Positions 16,796 to 23,409 of a DNA stretch of 24,000 nucleotides are shown in pieces. The position numbers and the translations under genes were made by a program. Position 1 is the stretch's first letter, and each line of letters starts with the position of its first letter. The stretch spans positions 746,269 to 770,268 of the forward strand of contig NZ_CP035283.1 of the NCBI RefSeq assembly GCF_004103755.1, in the 5' to 3' direction. The notes under the pieces were generated by a model. That model made no database searches. It had not been told where the DNA came from and saw only the letters and a list, made by a program, of their open reading frames with translations. The stretch is from Caproiciproducens sp. NJN-50 (GTDB lineage Bacteria; Bacillota; Clostridia; Oscillospirales; Acutalibacteraceae).

Positions 16796-17668
16796 ATGGG
16801 AGACTGGATTGACGGCCATACAGTGCCATTCGGGCTGCTCGGCTCGCCGGTGGGACACTCGGGTTCGCCGGCCATGTATAATTATTGTTTTGAGAAAGAC
16901 GGGTTAAACTGCGTTTATCTCGCGTTCGATATCGACCTCAATACGCTGGACGCCGGAATGAGCGCGGTCAAGGCCCTTCATTTCAAAGGAATCAACGTCA
17001 CGATGCCGTGCAAGAGCGCCGCGTTGAAATATGCGGACGAGTGCACCAAAGCCGTTCAGCTGATCGGCGCAACCAACTGCATGGTATGCGAAGATGGAAA
17101 ATGGATCGCACACAATACCGATGGGATCGGTTATGTGAACAATCTGAAGGCGCACGGCGTCGATGTCGCGGAAAAGAAAATCACGCTGATCGGCGGCGGC
17201 GGGGTCGGCATGGCAATCCTGGTCCAGTGCGCGCTCTCCGGCGCAAAGGAAATCTCCGTCTTCAACATCAGGGATTCTTTCATGGGAAATCTGGAGAAGC
17301 ACGCGGAGCTGGTCAACCGCGAAGTTCCCGGCTGCACCGTCCGCGTCCTTGATCTGGCGGATAAGGATAAACTGAGCGCGGAGATCGCAAGCAGCCAGAT
17401 CCTGACAAACGCTACCCGCGTCGGCATGGCCCCGCAGGAACAGTCCACGCCGATCCCGGATGCCGGCGTATTCCACAAAAGCCTTACAGTTGCGGATACG
17501 GTATACAATCCGCGTGAGACCCGGCTGATCCGGGAAGCAAAAGCCGCCGGCTGTCTTGGAATCGGCGGGATCGGCATGCTTGTCCGCCAGGGTGAAGCGG
17601 CGTACCGGATCTTCACCGGAAAAGCTATGCCCGTCGAGGAAATTCAGAAAAAATTCTTCGACAACTGA
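16796..17668 (+). CDS. aroE: Shikimate/quinate dehydrogenase paralog (AroE/YdiB family)
   Basis: SD AAAGGAGA 10 nt upstream. Motifs GLLGSPVGHSGSP, NVTMPCK, IGATNC, HNTDGIGY and GGGGVGMA, plus a YdiB-like cofactor loop VFNIRD. Confidence 0.85.
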   Translation: MGDWIDGHTVPFGLLGSPVGHSGSPAMYNYCFEKDGLNCVYLAFDIDLNTLDAGMSAVKALHFKGINVTMPCKSAALKYADECTKAVQLIGATNCMVCEDGKWIAHNTDGIGYVNNLKAHGVDVAEKKITLIGGGGVGMAILVQCALSGAKEISVFNIRDSFMGNLEKHAELVNREVPGCTVRVLDLADKDKLSAEIASSQILTNATRVGMAPQEQSTPIPDAGVFHKSLTVADTVYNPRETRLIREAKAAGCLGIGGIGMLVRQGEAAYRIFTGKAMPVEEIQKKFFDN

Positions 17669-17711
17669 CCAATGCCCCTATCCAAATATTATCTAAGTTA
17701 AGATCGGCTCA

Positions 17712-17757
17712 TTGTAAAAATCACCTCTATTTGTTATAATAAATAGAGATGATTTTT
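17712..17757 (+). promoter_or_regulatory. Near-consensus extended -10 promoter embedded in a 17-bp-arm inverted repeat, upstream of the LysR gene
   Basis: -35 TTGTAA (17712-17717), 17-nt spacer, then TGT-TATAAT with the -10 at 17735-17740. AAAAATCACCTCTATTT (17716-17732) pairs with AAATAGAGATGATTTTT (17741-17757) with one mismatch. The same element could act as the terminator of the preceding gene. Confidence 0.5.
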
Positions 17758-17819
17758 ATCATGTAGAGATTATTTCTATTTTTCGGGTGTTTAGCGTGGT
17801 GACGGGAAGAGGGACTTTT

Positions 17820-18731
17820 ATGAATTTGTCTCAACTGTATTATTTTAAGAAGCTTGCAGAGGTTCAGCACTATACAAAGGCTGCAAAGGAACTCTATATC
17901 ACGCAGCCCAGCCTGAGCGAGGCAATCTCTTCCCTGGAATCGGAGCTTGGCGTCCGGCTGTTTTTGAAGAACGGGCGCAATATCAGGCTGACCCAATACG
18001 GACAGGAGTTTTATCAATACGTTTCAGCGTCGCTCAACGAACTTGACAAGGGCGTCAATGTAATCCAGGAACAGGTTAAGGATATCGGAGGGACGATTGA
18101 AATCGGCTGTATCGCCACGCTGCTGGTTGGATTCATGGCGCGCGCGATGTATTCCTATCGCGAGTCTGTGAGCGAAAAGACGGTTTTCCACGTTTTTGAA
18201 ACCCCCACCGCGGTGGCGATTGAAGGCCTGAAGTCGGAAATCTACGATATCGCTTTCTGCTCGAAGGTGGAAGATCCCGATCTGCGGTTTACTCCGATTC
18301 TGGAGCAGGAGATCCTGGCGCTGGTGAATCAACAGCATCCGCTGGCAAAATGCGAAACGATCACGCTCAGGGATCTGGCGGGCTATAATCTGATCACTTA
18401 TCGCCCGGATATTCAGATCGGCAGGGATGTGGGCACACTCCTGGCTGAAAACGGCCTGAAGGCGGAACAGCCTTTTATGGAGGAAGGCTCCATAGGAGCC
18501 AGCGTGCAAATGAATCCGATCGTTGGCATCGTTGCCAACACCGTCTGGCTCAGCCAGTATCCGAATCTGGTGAGGATCCATTTCTCCGATGTTCCAAGGG
18601 GGTTCCGGAAAGTCTGCATGGCGTATAATTCAAAGCACTTTATCAACCGGCCGACGGAGCGCTTTATGGACTTTGTGCTGTCCCACCTTGATACGCTGGT
18701 GTCGGAGGAATACAGGCTTGAGAACGGCTGA
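17820..18731 (+). CDS. LysR-family transcriptional regulator
   Basis: N-terminal wHTH MNLSQLYYFKKLAEVQHYTKAAKELYITQPSLSEAISSLESELGVRLF followed by a LysR substrate-binding domain. ATG 17820 is preferred over GTG 17787 because of SD GGAAGAGGGA upstream. Confidence 0.9.
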   Translation: MNLSQLYYFKKLAEVQHYTKAAKELYITQPSLSEAISSLESELGVRLFLKNGRNIRLTQYGQEFYQYVSASLNELDKGVNVIQEQVKDIGGTIEIGCIATLLVGFMARAMYSYRESVSEKTVFHVFETPTAVAIEGLKSEIYDIAFCSKVEDPDLRFTPILEQEILALVNQQHPLAKCETITLRDLAGYNLITYRPDIQIGRDVGTLLAENGLKAEQPFMEEGSIGASVQMNPIVGIVANTVWLSQYPNLVRIHFSDVPRGFRKVCMAYNSKHFINRPTERFMDFVLSHLDTLVSEEYRLENG

Positions 18732-18733
18732 GG

Positions 18734-19270
18734 TTACGGCGACTTTCTGCTGCCCTGGGGAGCCGGCGCTTTCATCTTATCCATGGGAACCTGCAACAGC
18801 CCGAGTTCTCTGTTCCAGGCGAAGAGAGCGAAGCCGCGCTTGCAGCGAAACGTGCATTCCAGACAGGGGTCCTCGTCGCAGTAGCAATAGGCGTCGGTGT
18901 CGGCAAGGGCGAACACAATGGAATGCTTGGACGGCGGGATGTATTTCAGCTGCCCGCCGGTAAAAGTCTTCAGGCAGATCCATTCGGGCGCGAGCGCGTC
19001 CGTGCTGGAGTACCAGGTCACTTTGACGGCATTTTCATTGAACCCGCCGACAATCTCATAATCGATCATCAGACCGCAGCCGGCTTCCAATGGGACCGGC
19101 TGCAGTTTTTTCATCGGCGCGGAACAGCACCGCACCTCCGCGTCCGCGGTTCCGATCAGTTGAAAGACGCTGCCGCATGACTCGCAGAGAAAAAACTGCG
19201 GATCGCCGCAGATCGGTTCCGGCTTTCTGGTTTCCCGAGCACGCCTCGGCCCAAATCTCTTATCCGGCAT
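18734..19270 (-). CDS. Desulfoferrodoxin-like protein: desulforedoxin-type N-terminal FeCys4 motif plus a divergent, Cys-rich SOR-like C-terminal domain
   Basis: C29-x2-C32-x15-C48-C49 followed by APMKKL matches the Dfx centre I pattern CxxC-x15-CC-xxPM. The C-terminal part aligns loosely with the SOR beta-sandwich but lacks the His ligands. It carries C129-x-C131-x4-C136-x2-C139-x3-C143. The start overlaps the ligase stop by 11 nt. Confidence 0.65.
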   Translation of the reverse strand: MPDKRFGPRRARETRKPEPICGDPQFFLCESCGSVFQLIGTADAEVRCCSAPMKKLQPVPLEAGCGLMIDYEIVGGFNENAVKVTWYSSTDALAPEWICLKTFTGGQLKYIPPSKHSIVFALADTDAYCYCDEDPCLECTFRCKRGFALFAWNRELGLLQVPMDKMKAPAPQGSRKSP

Positions 19271-20945
19271 CGTTTGAACTCCTTGCCTGCATCTGCCCGT
19301 GGGAATCCCGCCCCGTTCGGCGGGCCAGTTCCTGCGCGAGCAGATACTTTTTTATCTTTCCCGATTCCGTCATTGGAATCGCGTCTATATTTTCTACCCG
19401 TTCTGGCCAGGCATACTTGGAGACGTTGGATTTGCGCAGGAAATCCGTCAGCATTTGCAGTGTGACCGGCTTGGCCGGATCGGATGGCACCACAAATGCG
19501 CAGATCCTTTCTCCGAGCCGGGGGTCCGGCATACCGATCACGGCGGAGTCCCGGACGGCCGGACAGCGGAGCACGTTTTCGTTTAGGGAATTTGCGTTCA
19601 GGTTCACTCCTCCGCGGATGATGACGTCTTTCATTCTGCCCACGACCCGGATATTCCCTTCCGGATCGCGCGTGCAGATGTCTCCGCTGTGAAACCAACC
19701 CTCGTCGTCCAGAACCTTTTCTGTGGCGGCGGGATCGTTCATGTAGCCGACAAAAACGTTGGGACCGCGGGACCATTCCTCCCCTTCGGTGCCGTCCGCG
19801 GCGTCCCTTCCGTCCCGGCCGATGATGCGGACTTCAATTCCGTCGATCGGTCGGCCGGCGGAGGGCTTGATCTCTGCGGACCATTCGGCCGGCCGGATCA
19901 ATGTGTGTGGAATACTCTCCGTGGAGCCGTAGCATTCACACAGGCGGATCCCATATTCAGATGCTTCCCTGACAAGATAGGACGGCACGGGGGCGCCTCC
20001 GCACATAAATAGCCGAAGAGTCGGCATTTGCTTCCTGGTTGACTGGAGATACTTGAGGATATCGTATACGAACGTGGTGGTTCCCATGGAATAGGTACAG
20101 CGCTCGCGGTTGATCAGCCCGACGGCATCATCGGCGGAAAACTTCTTTTCGAGCACAAGCCCTGCGCCCGCAAGCATGGTTGCCAGCACGCCGTGCGCAA
20201 AACCGGTGGCGTGGTACAATGGAGCCGGCATAAACATAATATCCTCCGGAGTGACCCCGACCGCCCGGTTGAACCCCTGTTCGCAGAAGATCAGGTTATT
20301 GTGGGTCAGCATGGCGCATTTTTTGGCGCCGGCCGTACCGGACGTGCAGATCACCGCAGCGACCGATTCGCTTCCAACGGGACCGGCGCCGCGCAGCGTG
20401 TCCATGTTCTGGGGAACATCGACAATTTTTCGAAGGGTTGGGTAACCGGCAGCGGCCGTCCCCTGAGTTTCCTCCACCTGGATCACGGCGCGGATGCCCG
20501 GATGCCGGGAGTACATCTGCCGCGCAAGTACCGTGTAATCCACGCCTTTATAGGCCGTGGGGCAGAAGTATGCCCTGGTTCCAACGCGGTCAAAGATCTC
20601 AGATAGCTCTTCCGCCTGAAACGAAGGGGACAGAGGGTTTGCAATTGCGCCGATCTTCAGGCAGGCGACCGTGATGATGACGAATTCGCTCCAAACGGGA
20701 ATCTGGAAGGAAACGGCATCCCCGGGGCAGATGCCGGCGGAGAGAAGGTATGCCGCCAGTCTGCCGCTTTTCTCATCCAACGCTCGGTATGTGTACCGAA
20801 ACCCGCGGTCGTCTGCAATGTATTCACGATCCCCGAATCTAACAACGGCGTCGTTCCAACAGTCCAGCAGCGTCCGCGCGGTCCAGTACCCCTTTTTGTA
20901 GTAGAGTTCTTTCTGACGGCCGTTGACCTTTCCCTTGTCTGTCAT
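19260..20945 (-). CDS. AMP-dependent acyl-CoA synthetase/ligase (ANL superfamily)
   Basis: A 561-aa protein with SD GAGGAG upstream of ATG 20945. ANL motifs: ICTSGTAGAKKCAMLTH (P-loop-like), YGSTE, WFHSGD, and RMKDVIIRGGVN with SGKIKK near the C-terminus. Confidence 0.88.
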   Translation of the reverse strand: MTDKGKVNGRQKELYYKKGYWTARTLLDCWNDAVVRFGDREYIADDRGFRYTYRALDEKSGRLAAYLLSAGICPGDAVSFQIPVWSEFVIITVACLKIGAIANPLSPSFQAEELSEIFDRVGTRAYFCPTAYKGVDYTVLARQMYSRHPGIRAVIQVEETQGTAAAGYPTLRKIVDVPQNMDTLRGAGPVGSESVAAVICTSGTAGAKKCAMLTHNNLIFCEQGFNRAVGVTPEDIMFMPAPLYHATGFAHGVLATMLAGAGLVLEKKFSADDAVGLINRERCTYSMGTTTFVYDILKYLQSTRKQMPTLRLFMCGGAPVPSYLVREASEYGIRLCECYGSTESIPHTLIRPAEWSAEIKPSAGRPIDGIEVRIIGRDGRDAADGTEGEEWSRGPNVFVGYMNDPAATEKVLDDEGWFHSGDICTRDPEGNIRVVGRMKDVIIRGGVNLNANSLNENVLRCPAVRDSAVIGMPDPRLGERICAFVVPSDPAKPVTLQMLTDFLRKSNVSKYAWPERVENIDAIPMTESGKIKKYLLAQELARRTGRDSHGQMQARSSNDAG

Positions 20946-21160
20946 CTATTTCCGCCGCTCCTCTCTGGGCATTTTAAACTGTTATCATTATACAATAAGA
21001 TGTACAAAATACACAATGATCATGGTGAAAATAATGTATCGTTTTGTGCTATTTATATCGAAGCAAGCATAGGGAAAAACTATCATTTCTGCGGTAGATC
21101 GATTTGCTTCCGGTTATCCGGAACTTGAGGAAGATGATGCCGTATACTATATATAGAAGA

Positions 21161-21188
21161 AGAGCACTGCATGATTGTGCAGTACTCT
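21161..21188 (-). terminator. Hairpin after the thioesterase gene (weak terminator candidate)
   Basis: AGAGCACTGCA (21161-21171) pairs with TGCAGTACTCT (21178-21188) with one mismatch. On the minus strand it is followed by a T/C-rich stretch, not a clean T-run. Confidence 0.35.
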
Positions 21189-21226
21189 CTCTTAACCTTC
21201 CGGACCCGGCGCGATGACGCCTCATT

Positions 21227-21688
21227 TCAAGCCGGGGTGATTTCGATCCGGTCCAGAACATACAGCAGAACGCTGGCCACAGTGACGACCGTGTCGGACT
21301 CGTCCCGGATGACCGCCCGCACGTTGCACAGAGTTTTTCCAACCTTTTCAGGCGTTGCGGTGCAAATGAGCCTGTCGCCGCCGGCCGGCCGGAAAAACTG
21401 AAGATTCATGGTTGCCGTGGTCACGTCGAGCCCGCGGCTGAAGCAGGAGAACGCCGAAATCACATCGACGAGAGTGCTGAGCGCTCCGCCATGGCAGAAC
21501 CCGTGCAGGTTCCGGTTCTTATTGGAGAGGAGAATCTCGCCCTCTGCCATGCCGTCGCCGAGGCGGGTCAGGTTGATATCGGAGAGAAGGGGGTAGTTTT
21601 CTTCCGTGTTGAATTTTTGATGAAGATACCGGTCCCAGGATTCTTTCGTCCAGGGTTTGCCGCCGTTTGTTCTGTCAAAAGCCATCAT
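21227..21688 (-). CDS. PaaI-family hotdog-fold thioesterase
   Basis: A 153-aa protein with the characteristic segment NLHGFCHGGALSTLVDVISAF and the downstream beta-sheet region TTATMNLQFFRPAGGDRL. Confidence 0.85.
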   Translation of the reverse strand: MMAFDRTNGGKPWTKESWDRYLHQKFNTEENYPLLSDINLTRLGDGMAEGEILLSNKNRNLHGFCHGGALSTLVDVISAFSCFSRGLDVTTATMNLQFFRPAGGDRLICTATPEKVGKTLCNVRAVIRDESDTVVTVASVLLYVLDRIEITPA

Positions 21689-21987
21689 CAGTCATCCTTT
21701 TCTGCATTTGGCAATTCGCTGTTGATTAGAAGCGTGGATTTATAAATTATTCTATAATAAAACACGGGAATAAAGCAAGCGGCAAATGATCGGAGTTTTT
21801 GCGCATTGTAAAAATAGCTATAATTTTTCCCTATGAGTCCGGTTTTATAGCCTTTTAATTTCAAAATCTTGTCGCTGCATTCCGAAATTGCGGCTGCAAT
21901 CCTTCTTAAGGACCTGTTGTGGCCCGCGGCGGGTGGAATTTGTCGGTTTCTTAAAAATAAGACGCAATTGACTGAGGATAATTGGAT

Positions 21988-22026
21988 GTTTCAACAATTG
22001 AATTTAACAATTTAAAGTGCTATATT
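21988..22026 (+). promoter_or_regulatory. Putative sigma-A promoter of the leader/ABC operon, with the same dyad overlapping the -35
   Basis: -35 TTGAAT (21998-22003), 17-nt spacer, -10 TATATT (22021-22026). GTTTCAACAATTGAA (21988-22002) is identical to 10562-10576 and contains TTCAA-caa-TTGAA. Confidence 0.45.
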
Positions 22027-22062
22027 ATATGTAATCTAAAACTAAAAAGGAGGCCCCCGAAA

Positions 22063-22191
22063 ATGCGCGGCAATTTTTCCTCCAAAGTTATCGCTGACGA
22101 TGTTCGCACAAAGGCGGGCCGATTTTATTATGCCTATTATTACTTTTTTACTTTTGCAAAACATAATAGGCATGCCATTACGGGACGATAG
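22063..22191 (+). CDS. Leader peptide, 42 aa, Tyr/Phe-rich (MRGNFSSKVIADDVRTKAGRFYYAYYYFFTFAKHNRHAITGR)
   Basis: ATG 22063 lies 9 nt after AGGAGG (22048-22053). Nine of eleven consecutive codons (22123-22155) are Tyr or Phe. The ORF runs through RNA segments 1 and 2 of an attenuator and stops 20 nt before the terminator stem. Confidence 0.6.
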   Translation: MRGNFSSKVIADDVRTKAGRFYYAYYYFFTFAKHNRHAITGR

Positions 22192-22211
22192 TCTCTTCTA
22201 TATTTTCAGAG

Positions 22212-22255
22212 AAACAGTGGCTTGTCTTAAAAAGGCAGGCCACTGTTTTTATATT
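22212..22255 (+). terminator. Rho-independent terminator (attenuator helix 3:4) upstream of the ABC operon
   Basis: AAACAGTGGCTTGTC (22212-22226) pairs with GGCAGGCCACTGTTT (22234-22248): 15 bp including 2 G-U pairs, with a 7-nt loop. T-rich sequence follows (TTTTT ATATTT). It sits 30 nt upstream of the SBP start codon. Confidence 0.75.
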
Positions 22256-22284
22256 TAAATGGATTGACAAGAAAGAGGGATAAC

Positions 22285-23319
22285 ATGAGAAAGAGAATTC
22301 CGGCATTCCTGTTGGCCGCAGTGATGGCGCTGTCGCTGACGGCGTGCGGAGGCGCTCCAAATTCTTCCAAAGCGGACTCGTCGCCGGCGGCTTCCGATGG
22401 ATCCGCGCCGGCCGCATCCAAGCAGTCGGAAGCAAAAAGCTATACCGTTGGAATCTGCCAGCTGGTGCAGCATCCTGCCCTTGACGCGGCAACAAAGGGC
22501 TTTCAGCAGGCGCTGACCGACAAGCTGGGAAGCAAAGTCACCTTCGATGTGCAGAATGCGTCCGGGGACACGGCTACCTGTGCCGTTATCAGCAATCAGT
22601 TCGTTTCTTCCAATGTAGACCTTATTATGGCAAATGCCACGCCGGCCCTTCAGGCTGCCCAGACGGCGACAAGCAAAATTCCGATCCTCGGCACTTCTGT
22701 CACCGATTACGGCACTGCTCTCGGCATTGACAACTGGACCGGCGCGAGCGGAAAGAATGTCTCCGGTACCTCCGATCTGGCTCCTCTCGACCAGCAGGCG
22801 AAAATGTTGAATGAGCTTTTTCCAAAGGCTAAAAAAGTCGGCATCCTTTACTGTTCCGCGGAGCCGAACTCCAAGTATCAGGCCAAGGTGATTACGGAAG
22901 AGCTTTCAAAGATGGGTTATACCTGCAAAGAATATACCTTCTCCGACTCTAACGATGTGCAGTCCGTCACCAAGACGGCGGCTTCCGAAAGCGACGTGCT
23001 GTATCTTCCCACGGACAACACCGTCGCTTCAAATACCGGAATCATCAAAAACGTCTGCCTTCCTGCGAAAATCCCGGTGATTGCCGGAGAGGAGGGCATC
23101 TGCTCCGGCTGCGGTATCGCGACGCTTTCCATCAGCTATTATGATTTGGGGTACACGACGGGTGAGATGGCCTATGACATTCTTGTCAACGGTGCGGATC
23201 CTTCCACGATGAAAGTAAAGTACGCTCCCAAATTCACAAAAGAGTATAACCCCGATATCTGCAAGGAGATGGGGATTACTCCCCCCAGCGGCTACCAGGC
23301 GATCCAGAAAGCGTCCTGA
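22285..23319 (+). CDS. ABC transporter substrate-binding lipoprotein (ABC_sub_bind / PF04392-like family)
   Basis: ATG 22285 with SD AGAGGGA upstream; the ORF-track start at 22264 is a TTG. Lipobox LSLTACGG. Family-typical YTVGICQLVQHPALDAATKGF and PILGTSVTDY. Confidence 0.82.
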   Translation: MRKRIPAFLLAAVMALSLTACGGAPNSSKADSSPAASDGSAPAASKQSEAKSYTVGICQLVQHPALDAATKGFQQALTDKLGSKVTFDVQNASGDTATCAVISNQFVSSNVDLIMANATPALQAAQTATSKIPILGTSVTDYGTALGIDNWTGASGKNVSGTSDLAPLDQQAKMLNELFPKAKKVGILYCSAEPNSKYQAKVITEELSKMGYTCKEYTFSDSNDVQSVTKTAASESDVLYLPTDNTVASNTGIIKNVCLPAKIPVIAGEEGICSGCGIATLSISYYDLGYTTGEMAYDILVNGADPSTMKVKYAPKFTKEYNPDICKEMGITPPSGYQAIQKAS

Positions 23320-23342
23320 CGAGTTTACGCGAATTGAAGTCT

Positions 23343-23380
23343 GCGGTGTCTCCGAACGGAGGCACCGCTTTGCCCTTTTG
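23343..23380 (+). terminator. Intra-operon hairpin with T-tract between the SBP and permease genes
   Basis: GCGGTGTCTCC (23343-23353) pairs with GGAGGCACCGC (23358-23368): 11 bp including 1 G-U pair, loop GAAC. It is followed by TTTGCCCTTTTG. Confidence 0.55.
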
Positions 23381-23409
23381 ATTTCTCGGCACAAAGAAAG
23401 GAAAACGCT

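Noticed and set aside
21982-22062. The upstream part of the 69-aa ORF 21982..22191 (TTG start).
   Set aside because: The TTG has no SD and lies on top of the predicted -35/-10 region. The internal ATG 22063 has a perfect AGGAGG at the proper spacing, so only the 42-codon version is retained.
21689-22062. A T-box or other known riboswitch upstream of the ABC operon.
   Set aside because: I could find neither a T-box consensus (GGGTGGTACCGCG-like) nor a specifier-loop arrangement. GGGTGGAAT at about 21932 lacks the ACC-CG continuation. The leader-peptide attenuator explains the terminator better.
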